DNA of 64,000 bases from contig NC_092673.1 in NCBI RefSeq assembly GCF_964355755.1, positions 7,502,001 to 7,566,000 on the forward strand, read 5' to 3'. This DNA is from Antedon mediterranea. Lineage: Eukaryota > Animalia > Echinodermata. Made by a program: the position numbers and the translations under genes. Below are positions 45,282 through 60,200 of this stretch, piece by piece. Positions within the stretch are counted from its first letter, which is position 1. Each line of letters begins with the position of its first letter. The notes beneath the pieces are model-generated. The model saw only the letters and a list, made by a program, of their open reading frames with translations. It made no database searches and had not been told where the DNA came from.

Positions 45282-48200
45282 ATGTACAACTTAAAACTTG
45301 GAACTAGTATCATTTTTAGTTTACTTGTTTTTAATGCATGTTTACCGCAAGTGGTAGGAGAGAATGGAATATCATTAGCAACAAAGATTCCTATTTATAT
45401 CGGAGGGTTTATGCCGTTTTCGGATGATACGTATGATCATTTAGTGCACACCGTTCTTACAGCCATAGACCATGTCAATTCATTTGAAGAAATACTACAT
45501 GACTATGAACTTCGTATGATTTGGAACTGGACTATGGTAAGATTTTAATTAATTCATTTTTCATGGCGTCTCTAGTTGATTCTTAGATGACGAAGTTTCC
45601 TATTGCGTTGTCTACACTATCAAAGTAGTTTGACCAGAGCTTTAGATAAAAACAACTTGTTTGATAAATAAAGCCTAACTAAACACTTTTAACTATCTTA
45701 GCAAAATTATTTTTTTGGTCTAAATTAATGTTATGGTCCTTTGGATCGTCTACAAATATAAGTTTCACTAGTAATATAATTTATGTTGTGTTTTGCTTAA
45801 TTTTTTTCATATCTAAAGCTCCGTTTACACTATCAAACTAATTTGGCAAAAAGGGTGTGATGTGCCCAAATATGGTAGTGATATGAACAAATATGGTAGT
45901 GATATGACATCATCATATCCATATATGGGCATATCACATTTTTTTGTCACATAGAGTTTAATAGTGTCAGTAGACAAGGCTTAATATTTGACGGATACCT
46001 TGCCTTTGTACAATAATACAGTAATTGTTATTGTTATTAATCTCAAAACTGAATGAATGTTATTCCGTTTGTCCCATTGTTGTATTGGCATTGTAAGTAG
46101 ATTATTAATAAACTCCTATAAAACTGTACGTTTTCATGTCATTGTTACAACAACAAACCAATCCCATTCGGTTACGATGTCAATTTGTTTGTCGCAGTTG
46201 ATGCGGTAAATGACGATCAGAATAATGGTAATAGCTGACAGTGAAAATGTGAAATGTTCTGTAAAGAAAATTATAATAATTTTAGAAATAAGTTCTTATA
46301 ATATAATAATTTATTGGAAACTTCACTTTTACAACAGTGGCACACTTTGATGATAAAGGTGCGTCCAAATAATAGCATACAAGGATAAATAAAAGTATTA
46401 ACTTAAAAATAAATCAAAATGAATGAGTGAAATACAAAACATAACTCTTACAAAAACAAAAAAATAATAAATCAAAATAAATAAATAAATAAAACAAACT
46501 TAAGAACAATCAAAATAAATCAAAATGCTTAGATACACACAAAATAAATAATAAAATTAATTTCATGGTATGAACCAAAATAAAGAGTATAATGGTGTGT
46601 GTAAAAACTCAACACATTAAAAAAAGACAGCATATCAACAGTACTTACATATACAGTACCATACTAAAGTTATAATTGCATTGGACTTCGTAAATCTAAT
46701 CAGAGAAATAGAAAGTTTTGATCCAGAAATAATTGGTGGGTGAAAATCTAAATTTTTATCGGCCACTGCACTAGTTAACTTACTCCTGAAAAACTAACCA
46801 AGCTAATTTTAACCTAGCTAAATGTTAATAGCGCTGTTTTGTTATTTTTCGTACATAAGTTCCGCAATTCAGAGTTTTCAGTTCTATTTGGTAGCTCGGT
46901 AAAAACAACTTCAACCAGCTCATTCGACTAATAGTTATCGCGGACAAAGTTACAGTATTGCATATCAATGAAGCCAATGGTGCTACAGATCTATACTTAT
47001 ATGCCTACTTTGTATAGGTAATTACGGTATTGAAATGTTATGTTTGTGCACGCAAACACGTATACTTGCTCCAAGTCTATTTATTAGTCGCGTGCGTGCA
47101 ACGCGACTCTTCAGCTCATTTTATGTCGGTCAAACTTGAGCACGCCCTTGAAGCCATGTATATGGCCTTGTTGTCTTTTTATGTTAGTCCACCAGTCGAA
47201 ATTTCGATTTTTGTCTGTATCCAAGTATAGTATATATACATATGAAACGCCATATGTGCAAAATATATCTTGTTACTAATATCAAGACAAAATAACTCCG
47301 TCTGGAACCCAGACTAGAAAACACGCAGCTAGCTCTACTCTTCACTCACAATCTGTAAACTATAGTATAGTATTAGTAATAATAAAACAGTCTTATCATT
47401 CAATTTCAGGCGGATCCAGGAAACTCTTTGCTGACATTTTACCAGTTGATAAACAGCCCAGAAACAATGCTGATGGCCTGGGGACCGACGTACTCAATCG
47501 TTGGAGAGATGCTTAACGTGGTTGTCTCAGAATATAACATAGTTCAAGTATGTAAATACCAATACTATTACGCTTCCCTTTCTGTTTCATTCGCATAAAG
47601 ATCTTTGGGGGTTTTTCTTCGTCCTTTTTTTCAGTTCGATATCATTTTTTTCATCATTTGATTATCACAATGTACTTGTATGGCAGTTAACGTTATAGCT
47701 TATAACTTCTGTGCATGCGAGCTTTTTGTATTGGTAAATCCTCGTAGGTAGGTTGTAATCTTTTTTTTTAAATTATGATGATAGTGTATTCATAATTTGT
47801 CCAGCTAGCATCATAGCCCTAACCGTATCATTATAACCGTATACTCCTGTAGAACAAGGCCAACAGCCATTAAGTCGCGTGCTACAATGCATAGTGATAC
47901 CGGACCGACAGACAGACCGACAGACCGACAGACAAACCGACCGACTGACATAGTGAACTATACTGACCGAAATTACTGAACATGTTTAAAAATGTTGAAA
48001 TGTTTAAAAACATTTATATTTTTTTAATTTACACGTGCGTAGCCTGTCACTTTTGACGTGCTCGTATAACGTAATTTCGAGTTGAAAAGTAAGTCAAGAA
48101 AACAGAAATCGGGCAAAAAGAGTGCGCAATAACATTTAACGCGCAGTGCGCGCGCAAAAATATGCGCACTCATGGCAATTTTGTAAACGCTTAAAATTGC

Positions 48201-51200
48201 CTGAAACGTACTCTTATTTCATAGAAAATAAATTTTGAAAATTTTAAGCGCGCGTACGCATGCGTTACATGCGCTACGCACGTAATTGTATTGCCATATG
48301 ATGATTTATGCCCTGAAATTTATGAGTACCAAATTTTATTTTATTGTGATTCATGATTGTGAAGATATGATTACAAACGTGATTTCGTTAAATCGTGCGT
48401 AGACCGCGTAATTTTTTATTGCGCACCGTGAAAACGTAACCACATCGATTCCTGGCCATAAGGAATATACTGTGAAAAATTGATCTAGCTAGATTAAACT
48501 GATATCAAGATAAGGTCAGAAAGCGATAAAACGCATAGTGATACCGGACCGACAGACCGACAGACCGACCGACCAACATAGTGAACTATAGAGTCGCTTC
48601 CACGCGACTAAAAATGATGTCATATATAGAGCTTATAAACAGAAGAGAATCGTGTACCCGCGTACAGATGCCAAATACGAAAGGAACACTTCAAGTTTTA
48701 GAAAGAGATCGAAAATGTACACAAAAAAAGTATTAAAACACAGAATAAATAATATTTAAAACTGTCGAGCCTTTAAACCTGTCTTTGGGATGATTATAAT
48801 AATACAGAATTCCTTTATTTCAGGTTGGAATTGCTCAGTTTCAAACAGATGATCTTTTCTTGCTAGATTATCCATACACTATCCAAATATATCCGAATGC
48901 CAACATATTTAATCCTGCCAGGATTTCACTTTTTAAAGAATTGGGTTGGAAGAGGGCCGCCATAATCTACGAAGATGTTGATTTATTTCGAGGCGTAGGT
49001 TCAATATAATTTACATTTGATCGGCTTGTTTTGGCATCACGTGATATGTATTTAATACACCTATACATGTTTCCATTCCATCCATAAAAATACAATATAA
49101 AAAAACGTGGACAAAGGACAAGAAAAACATCACACACAAAAACAGGCAGAGAGACGGGATTTCCTAAAAACCGAATTAATCACTATCTAGTAGGTCTCCT
49201 ATTGCACTGATTGGATAAAAAAAACATTTAGAATATAATTTGTATAAACATGTATCAAAATACTGTATCAAAATAAATTTAAATATATTGCAATATCATT
49301 AACAATTATCAATAAATAGCACAATTAAATTTTAAGCTCGTTTATAAAAGTCTTAACTGTATTTAAAATTAATGAACCTATTACTTCTTCCGGTATTCCC
49401 TCCTATGCACGGGAAAATATGTAAAAATTGAGTACTTTAAAGAATTTGTCGGGGCAAAAAGGTGTACGAATATGAGATGATCACCGTGACGCGGGTTGAT
49501 TGGAATATGGTTTAAATTTGGATTGGAACAAAGCTTTCAATCGTAATGCATGCTCGTCACCCTACACATAATAACATACCGTATTACATTTTAAATTTAG
49601 GAGATGGAACAATTTGCAGTAATGATGGTTGAAGAAGGATTTGAAGTGATCAGTATAGAAACGTTTTCTGACGAGCAACCAGCAGATAGGATAAGAAACC
49701 TGAAGGTTTGAAGCCACTAATTACATAACATCTTAATATTGTATGAAGTGAATAATTGTTGACAAGATTAGAGATTACGTAGGACAAACAGTATTTAATC
49801 ACCATCACTACCGTCTAAATCTTAAGAAGATCAGGTTTTTCGTGAAATAATATAATTCGTATGCATATTATTTTATTATTAGCTAATTCAAGACGAAATA
49901 TTGCAAAGATCTTTATCAGATAAGAAAAAGAATAGGCCAGTCACAGAAGGCTAATAGCAAGGCAGATATACGTCACTCCCTCCTTTTAACAGCTAAAAAG
50001 AAAATCATGAACTACTTTTTTTATATTGACAAATTCAACCGAACTAATAGTCAATAACCACAAATAAACACAGTGGTAGGTAAATAAACACAGATTTCGA
50101 TATTTACGTATATTCTTCCCAACGTGGTTAAGTCATCAGAGTACCGATATTTAAAACTTACGTTTTATATTTTATAAACATCGTTTTAATATGTTAGTTC
50201 CAATGTCACATAATAGTTATTACCTTTGACAACAATTGGATCAGAAAAACCGGACCAGAAGTTTTTTTAACTTATTATTTATATATATCATTCATTTGGT
50301 ATGCCGGCTCGCAACGCGGCAATAAGCGAGTACTACAAAGTTTTCCTGTTTAATAATTTAATTTAATTTATTTAATTCATATAATCCGACTTCGCAGCGA
50401 TAAAAATTACAATTATGGTGCCCACTGTGCATAGACTAGAGATGGGGATCAACCTCGCCATAATATAAAGGCTACCGTTCTCAGGAATTACCTTGGAGTA
50501 AATATCGCTAAACATATTTGTAAACTGACTTGATACTACTTGGTAATTGATCCTTCATTAAGATCTCATCAAACAAATTGTTCTTTTCACAATTAAATAG
50601 TGGTGTTTTGGTGGGAAACAACATGCTGAAAGTACAGTAGCAGAGTTGCTCATAGTATGCCAAGGCCTTGTTTATCGGATTGTCCTTGTTATTTTTTGCT
50701 TTTAGTTTAATTAATCGAACATTTTTTTCTCAATGCCAATTTTACACTCGGAATAAATTAAAAAGACATTATTATTATTTCATCCTGTCTTGTTAATTTT
50801 AAATTAAAATTTAAAATGTTAAATTACAACAAATTGTATGTTAAAATGATGAATACGAGGGTATGTGGCACATGTGTTGACTATATTATTACTGATCGAA
50901 TCCAACGGTCGTCGCATTAATTGTATCCTTAGGCAAGACACTTTAGTTTTGTAGAAGTGGAAATAAGAGCACATAATTGCTGATATTTCAACGAATATTC
51001 TACACAATGGTTTCGTAGTTTAGCTACATAATCTGGTAGCAAACATCTAACATTAACAATAAAATACTGACGGAATCGATTTTTCTTCGAACTATCTAAT
51101 AAACATGAGCATATGTTACTTGGAAAAAAGTAGGCCTACCCATCATTTTCTCACAAAGAACACGTGTGTTATTTTCGTGTGACACGCTAGGACTAGGTGG

Positions 51201-54200
51201 ATTGTACCTTTTGCATCAAGCATTATAATAAATTTATTAGAGATTAGAGATATTATTTAGGGCGTTGCTCGAGTCTTTTATATATTTGGTTTGTGCTCGA
51301 TCACTTTCTTCATATTAGACTACAATATTTCCGATTATCTGATATTCTGTGCTTCCTTGCTATTTTATTTTGAATTTTCACTATAATCATATTATTCCTA
51401 ATTATTTTCTTGTCAACCTTGCATTCGGTAAAAGAATGAACAGAATCCATCTTAGGTTCTGTTTATGTACACTATTTACTGATTTGTTCAATCCCTTTCT
51501 AGATCTACACGTCAACAATGTAGAGAATTAAGAAAATAGTAATATTAATTCTAGTGATTATGGCTAGACCAATTGTTCATAATTACCCTACACAAAGTTT
51601 GGCACATACAAAATGTTGTGGATGTTAGGGTGTAAACTAATTATTTTGTTTAAGGAATTGTTGCATTTCGTCCCGTTACTAATGCATTTTTATTGAATTA
51701 ATACAGGATCACGATTCTCGCATTATTATCGGTCTGTTTTATCAAGATAAAGCCGTCAGGGTATTCTGTGAGGTAATGAACATGTTAATCATTTTAAGGG
51801 TGTGTTGGGGGAGGGGGGGGGGGGGCTAAGGAGTATACTAGATCATATTATATAGGAGGGGAAAATGAGAAATCATAAAAAAAGACAAAATATTCCACGA
51901 CGCTTGTTCTGCGTTAGTGCTTTCTGAAAACAGTGGTTATCAAAGTGATTGCAAATGTCTGGCCGGCCTAGATAATTTATAATAAACCATATTTATACTA
52001 AAACCATTTAACAGATTATCATTGCGGTGCGTCGATGGAAGTATAATTTACAGTATTAGTTACAAAAACAACTTTGCTTAACAGAAAGTGACACGTAATT
52101 CCAACAATAATACAAAGATTTTTTATAAGAATAGAATTTCTTTGAAAATAGTAGTCTCACTGATAGAACTGCCATTTGACTGAGAGTACAAACAATTACA
52201 ACCAAGTGTTATTATGAATTACCTATACTGTGTCGACTCATAACAATATCTGGCTTTCAGTAAAGACGCCAATCAAATCGCGTCATATTCTTTTTTAATC
52301 GCTTAACCCAGAATTCAATATTAAGTGAGACGGGCTAAAATTTACCAGTATATTCTATGTATTTAGGGTATAATTCTAAATTCCATTTCACATAACTCCA
52401 GTCAAATGATAGCATTAAACAAAATAACACAAAAAAAATAAATTTAAGTATCGTACATAATCGAGTACGGTATTATAACTAAACCATTATTGTAGGCCTA
52501 GACTGGGATATTAATTTACGCGCACGTTAAGCTGCGTTTTTGTTGATCCAAACTAGTTTTTTCCAGGCTTATAGACAAAATCTATACGGACCTAAGCATG
52601 TATGGATGATATTGGGATGGTACCATGCAGACTGGTGGATTGAAGAGACGAAGAAAATCAGACAAACAGATCAAAACTTCTGTACGCTTGAAGAGATTGA
52701 GAAAGCAGTTGATGGATATCTGAGCATGCGTGGATTTGAATTTCAGTCAAATACATCACACATCCACTTCAATGGAGTTGTAAGTTTTGTTAAAATTATT
52801 TAGAGAAGTACAATACAAATAGGATATAAATCTATCTACACTTTTATATACACCTACTGACTATATACACAAAATAGGGCAATCGTGAACCATGCTTTTG
52901 GAACAAAGATCACACTATCAAACTTGATGTGATAAAAAAAAAGTGATGTGCCATCAATAATGTACACGATGACGTCATATCAGTAACATTATTAATTTGG
53001 CACATGATTAATTTGGCACATAACACTTTTTTTGTCAAACTAAACTTTATGTGACAACAACAAATGTGATGTGCCCATATATGGACACGATGATGTCATA
53101 TCACTACCATATTTGGACACATCACAATTTGTTGTCAAACTGTTTTAAAGATATATTGTCCCCCTAAAAAAATATTTTTTTTAATTTTTTTGTTGAATAT
53201 GTTATTTTAATGTCACATAATAGTTATTCACTCTCACAAAAAATTGGGTCTGAAAAAAATTTATTTACCTGAGAAAAATGTAATTTAAAGCAAAAAATGG
53301 TCAAATTGTCTGGAAGACAATGAGTTTTTGGGTAATTTAACGGTTTATTTTGTCTTTTTATAGGTGAAATAATTTTTTCCCCCGTTTTTTTTCTTATGCA
53401 AGTGAACAACTTCATTAAAACTGCAAATTGGCCTATTCAAAGTCTGATTTTAAAAATCTTTATTTTTCATTATTTTGGGGGACAATACATCTTTAATAGT
53501 AGGGAGGTTTCGCAACCTTACGAATACGATAACGAAAACGGATACGTCACACACACGTATTCGATTTCGTAAGCCATAAAAAAATCTGTTTCGCATGGCA
53601 ACGAAATATTGAGGGTGCGTCCAAAATATGACTGCGGTAAATTGAGCGAAGCGCAGGTACGTGTTGCTTGGTGCTTGCCTGCCTAGGCCTAGCGTAACAT
53701 CAAAGCGAATGTGAGGACTTTAAAAACTGCTATTTATCAAAATTGACTTGGCATTTTAGTAAATTACTTTAGTAAATTACTTTCAATAAATCTATAATTA
53801 TATTATAATTATGAATCATTCCTGATTCAAATGCAAAATGTGCAAATAGATCAAAAACTATACTCGTTTTGTAGTTACGAATATGACGGGTGATATTCGT
53901 CAAAACGAATACGCTTTACGAATATGAAATGGGGATCAGCTCAAAAGTTTCACAAATGTATGACGTATCCGTTTTCGTTATCGTATTCGTAAGGTTGCGA
54001 AACCTCCCTATTATACAGGCTTTACGATTATACGACAATAGAATGGAAATTAAGAACAACTTTCTCTTAAAAATATTTTAAGCACCCTTCAGAAGATCAA
54101 CTTGAATATATGGAGGAGCTTCAGAAGATGTTGTTAACATCGGGTGCATGCGACTCATATGGCTACGATCAGATTATAACCATAAGTCTTGCACTCAATG

Positions 54201-57200
54201 CGTCTATTGCAGATCTAGATCAATTAAACCCGCCAAAGAAACTTGAAGATTTTACATACAAGGCTAAAGACATGGCGGATATATTTTATAAAAACACAAA
54301 GAACGTTAATTTTGATGGATTAACGGTAAGATTTATTTCTTTTATTTTTCCATCACCGCAATTCGATAGTAAGTGCATAATTTGTGACGCGGAGCATTTG
54401 TCGGTGTTAATGAAGTTTGTTGGTTCCGCTGAGCAGTTTACCTGTTCACTAAGCCGTTTTCCGGTGCCGTTGCAGTTCCCAGTTTGCCGCCAGTGCCACT
54501 GAAAAGTTTGACGCTTGATGTTTGTCAGTGTTACTGAGCAGTTTTTTCAGTAGTACCGTTGAACAGTTTCTCAGTGTTCCTGAGTTTGCCAGTGCCGCTG
54601 AAATGTGTTCCGGTGTTACTGAGCAGATTTTCCGTGTCACTGAACTGTTTTCCAATGCCGTTGAACAGTTTGCCGGTGTCACTGAGAATATTTACGGGGT
54701 CACTGAGCGTTTGTCAATGCTACTGAACGGTTTTGCCAATGCCACTGAGTAGTTTGACAGTGCCCCTGAACAGTTTGTCAGTTTCATTTCATGAGCAGTT
54801 TACCAGTTTCACTGAGCATTTTACGGGTTTCACTGCCGCTGAACATTTTATCAGTGCTTCTGATGTTTGCCAAGTGGCAGATTTTTTTTTTTCTGTTGTC
54901 TCGATAGAGTTGAGCCATTTACCAATGTCTATCGATAGATTACCAATTTTGCCGTTGCATAAAACAAGCAACTCCATTATTATTTTTCCATCCCATCGCT
55001 TACGTTAATTCATCTTGGCCAACTCCTTGCGATAACAATTACATAAAATGTCACAATCTAGGTCACACTTCATGCTATGAATAGATTGTTTTAAGTAATA
55101 TTAAGCTCAATTAATTATGCAGTATTATTATTTCCAAGGGGTTCGTAGCATTTGATGAATACGGTAGCAGACAAAGTGACGCAGTCGTACAACAGCTTCA
55201 AAGTAAATGTCTTTTTTAATTATTCTTGATAGAAATACTGCTGTAATGTGATAAACATTTATACAAAACAGTTCAACTTGTAGTACTTTCACTACTGTAT
55301 GTAGGCACACTACAGTAGGCCTATTGTATTGAAATGAAATGTATTTATTTTTAGCAGCATTAATGAATACATTAATACTGTCTTAATACTTTCAACACAA
55401 GCTTTTGCTTTTTAGAAATTGTGCCTCCTTCATAATATTGTTTTATTCATGTTAAAGATGAGAAAAAAAAATTGTATTGTTTTAACTATCTTTCTTCTCG
55501 TCATGAATTTTGTGTATTATATTATTTATTTTGTATATTATGAAGGAAATAAATGTTACTATGAAATGAAATGAAATGAAAATTGATATAACATTCTTCC
55601 TATAGATCGCATTGCCTGGTGTACAGTAATCAAATGCTGGCACTACCATCACATATTGTTATAGCTTATACTGTATCAAAATGTAACGTCGGTATCATAT
55701 GGACCCTGACCTAATTAAACGAAACATTCCACGATACATGTGGCCACATAAGATGCTTTTTTACGGAATTTGCCTGTGATACTAATTAGGTAGTATAGCA
55801 TATTAAAATCGCATTTTTATTATAATTTTTAGATAGAAGTATTGTACAGGTGTTAATTCACAATCAACTCAAAGATACGACAAGATTTATCAACAATTTT
55901 ATGTGGAGCGGTAAATATTTCAAACCTATGTGGGTTAGAGCAAAACAAACAATAAATAGAGATAGGTTTAACATTTATAAAATAGAAACACTTAACAACA
56001 ATATCTAACTGTTTTCAAATATCCCGCCTCGATGGTTTTTCGATTTTCAATCGTACTTTGAACCCATGGAAGTTGTTATTTATTTTCAAATATATTTCAA
56101 GAAAGTGGAAGGTAGGCCTATATAGCCCAGAATTCATTCACTATCCTTGTTAAATATGGCACCCAGCCTGTTCACAAAACATAATAAGTAAAGAAAAATG
56201 TGATGCACTAGACATTTAGTCTTGAAGTGAAGTTTATTGTCTCTGTTTTTCTTTAATCATGCAGATTGAAAAAGGTGTGTTTTCAATGGTACTTTTATAA
56301 TTGTGTTCTGACATTAATAAAAAACAACAACTTGTATTTTATCTCAAATTAATTTGGGTAATTGCATGAGTCATACAGCCAGGAATATATTTTATATTTG
56401 TAAACAACCTTTAACATGAACGATATTTTCTATGTAATACTGAGTTGATGACATCATAACTGACCTTGAAAGTGGTAAGGTGTCACTTTTTAACAATATT
56501 GGTATGATGATGCCTTCTTTGTCGTTTTGGTATTATCAAACTTGAATCTTGGCAAGCCATTTAGTGGGAGATGAGAAGTGTACTTAATGAAACACGGTAT
56601 CCAACTGGGAAAACAAAATTATTTATACGTGAAAGAAATAAATGGCAATAATTTCAAATAAATTCTAAACAATTTGGGCAAATTAATGAATACAGAATAA
56701 ATCACGGCTTGATACAATTCTGCAAAACACATTTTTTTTCATAAAACAACCAAAATGGAAAAATCTTTGGTGACCTAAACAATGTTTCTTTCCAAATCGG
56801 ACATCGTCGTATGACGAGGCCTGACGAGTCGTTTCAAAAATTAAAGTTAAATTAAGTTCTCGCGACGACCTAAAAACTGTATCTCGTTGGGATTCTACTC
56901 AGACAGCACCGACGAGTCAAGACGTTTCGTCGGGCCTCGTCGTACGATACGACGCTGTCTGAGTAGGCCTCTATACGTTATTGTTTTACATTAAACAGGT
57001 GGGATTGTTCCAGTTGACGGCCCTACATATCAAGAAGCTCCTCTAACAATTTGCCGATCTAAGAAGATCTTTGTATACGTTCTACTGACGTTAGGAATTA
57101 TATATGCTACAGTACTGTTGATACTGAATATTAAATTTAGAGAAACTCGGTAAGAATTGAATTATTATTTTGATTAATACAAATTGTATTTTAAAATAGA

Positions 57201-60200
57201 TGATTTTCAATTAAATAATCTATACTGTATTTACACTATGGTAGTATTAATCTTAGTATGTACATAATTATAGGAATGATTAGGAGAAAGACGATTTGCA
57301 ATGTTTTCATTCCCAATCTACATAATCCGAAGGTTTATACAGACATGTTATTAAGACAAAAGGGCATGCGATAATGTCGCTTTATCAGCGACGGGCATAT
57401 CATGTTTAATTTACACAGCAGATGTACCGTACTTAACGACGGACACAATGACACCGTGGCTTGATTTGGTCGGAAACAATACACATCACCAAATAGCTTA
57501 CGAAAATAATGATGATGCGAGAGAGGAGATTTACGATCGGCTAGATTTGTCGTCGGTACAGCGACAGACATGGTCGATGAGTTCAAGTAGTTTGAGTTCA
57601 GTTTGTCGGAACGCTCGAGACAATAAATGTTCTTCAAAAAATTCTAAACATTCCGCCCAATACGAGGAATGCAAAATCGCATCGACCGACGCCGTAACGA
57701 CGATAATGCCGGCAATTGAAGAAAAACAAAGAATTACCTATAGACGAAAGAAAGAGGTGTTTTTTCTCTAACTATAAAATAATAATATTTATTCATATTT
57801 ATTTATCTGGAGGATCAAACTTAAAGATTTGGCGTAATGCGTCCTCCTCACACAATTATTTTCTTTTACTTTACGTTCTGTAATTCTGTATATTGTATTA
57901 TGTGAAACAATTACCTTGAAACTTCAACCTAAGCCGATACGAATTTCGGCAGCAAGATGATGAATGTAACATTATGTAACATTTCGAGGACGAAAAAACG
58001 CCATGCAACTGTCGAACGAATGGGGTAGAATCTTCGTCTCGCAGCCCGTATGATTCCATATGCCACATGATGGTTGGTCGATGGAGAATCCGTAGCAATT
58101 TACCAGATCTCTCGTTGGTTAGGCGAAAAAGCGAAATAGTAACGACATAATTATGAACGATTTATATATTAACAAACATGCTAAAAACATGTTTGTCGAT
58201 TCACGGAAAATTAAATCGGCGACAACGACAGAGAAGATATCCACGGCAACAAAGACAGTTATTCCGACGACGGCTAATTCCGATGATTGATAAACTCCAC
58301 TTACGAATGAAGCATTGATTGCACTGTTGCTGTTGTTCACACACGTACGGAATGGCACTTCCTCAACTGAAGACACTGGTGATGCCTACAAACGGCAGAC
58401 ATGACCACCGTAGCTCAACCTGCTAATGCGGTGGTGATCACACTTGCAGTGAAAACGAACGAAACTTCTCCTACAAGGCCGTTATGACATTTCTAGTGGA
58501 GACAACTAACTGACGCTCAATCATTTTAAACGACAAACCGACGTTGCATCTACAGATGCAGTGACGACGTCGACTGAAACGGTGACGGTGATGTCGACGT
58601 ACGCTTTGACAACTACAATCTATTATCGAAAAGTACGAAAATAACGGGATCGAGGCGAAATCGACTGACACTACACCTATTCAACGATGACAATGGAAGC
58701 TGCGTCTGTGCCAGTGACGAAGATTGCTGCACCGACTATCCGCGCCAACGGTCATGATCGTCGTTTATTCTGTTAAACGTACGGGAAAACACTTTTGTAG
58801 GCTAGTCATCAGTAACCATGATATATAACGATGTATCCCTCGGTCCTTTGCACAAAGCCGAACACACATTCAAGCTCAATTGACGGTTTTCAGACGACGA
58901 ATTCCGGTGAACGCTTATTCATGTCTAGGTTTTAGCTCCTCATACCGTATAGGGGAAGACATAAATCGTTTTCCTTTTTAAAAAAAAAGGTCATACTGTG
59001 TTTTCGTCAGAGGGATTTCGAATCTTAATGTATCTTTCCATTCAATTGGCGTATTTCTGTACGTTTCAATTCGAGGACAGGAGAATGATTGTGATGGCGA
59101 AATTTTCTCGAAATATTACCTCACAATTCCAACGACTGCAAAAAAGACGACCATCGATGCAGTTACACAGCTTATGATGGAGAGAAATATACTCCACGAC
59201 TGCGGTGATAACGACATTTTAAGCGAAGACGAACACTATTGCTCATCCTTCGACTCCAATCGAAAAGACAATCGACGCTGCTTCGTCTACTACAGCAGTT
59301 ACAATGTCTGTAGCAGTAAAGGTAGGAACCACATTGGAAATAAGTTGTTTTACTTTAAACGACTTTATGTGTTTTCCCGTGCATCGTCAGACCTCATTAA
59401 TCCCGCCATTTTTATTTGCTTTTTTGATGTATTTTAATATTTAAGGTGATTATATATATTATTGACGTATTTTTAATGTTATGTATTGAGATGCCAAATA
59501 AATGAAAGAAAGAAAGAAAAGGTAAAGGTATTTATATTTGTCCTCAAGCTGAACTGGAAACTGAGGAAATTCGGATTAGGCCCTCCACGGACCCCCGGCA
59601 GCCAGCAGTGCAGCGCCTACCAGATCAGCACACCAGGAGACGATCCCCTATTTTTTTCGAATAGAGTACCAAGTTCTTTAACGTGCACTGTTAAGTACAC
59701 GAGACCAACGGATTTACATCCCATCCGAAGGATGAGGCAATGAGAGTAAAGCATCTTGCCTAAGGATGCAATTAGTATGGTACAGATAACATTGAACGCA
59801 TTCCTATCACATGCTAGTCCGATATTACCATTACACCATCACTCTCCAGTATATACAGCACCCGCCGCAATTTCTAGACGGTCTCCAATCGAGAACGCAA
59901 CCGGGCCCAACGTTGCCTAACTTCGGTGATCTGACGAGAACCGGTGTTTAAATGCAGTATGGCCGTATATGAATTCGGCATCGGTGTTGACATTTGTATT
60001 GAAATGTATTGGTGCTATACCATGTTAAGCATTGTTTTGCAATGCGAAGTTAGTGACAGCGTTCATAAACCAACTTGTAATATATGACAGTCTGTTATTG
60101 TTCTACTCCGCGTCCAATCCAGTGCCTTTTTTCAATGGACTAGCCTCAAACTAAGACGTCGGCATTGATTCAACTTGGAAGCAGTAGATAAATTGAATAA

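Noticed and set aside
59853-59968. Functional 5S rRNA gene
   Set aside because: Single copy, box C region heavily mutated, ends eroded and no oligo-T terminator.
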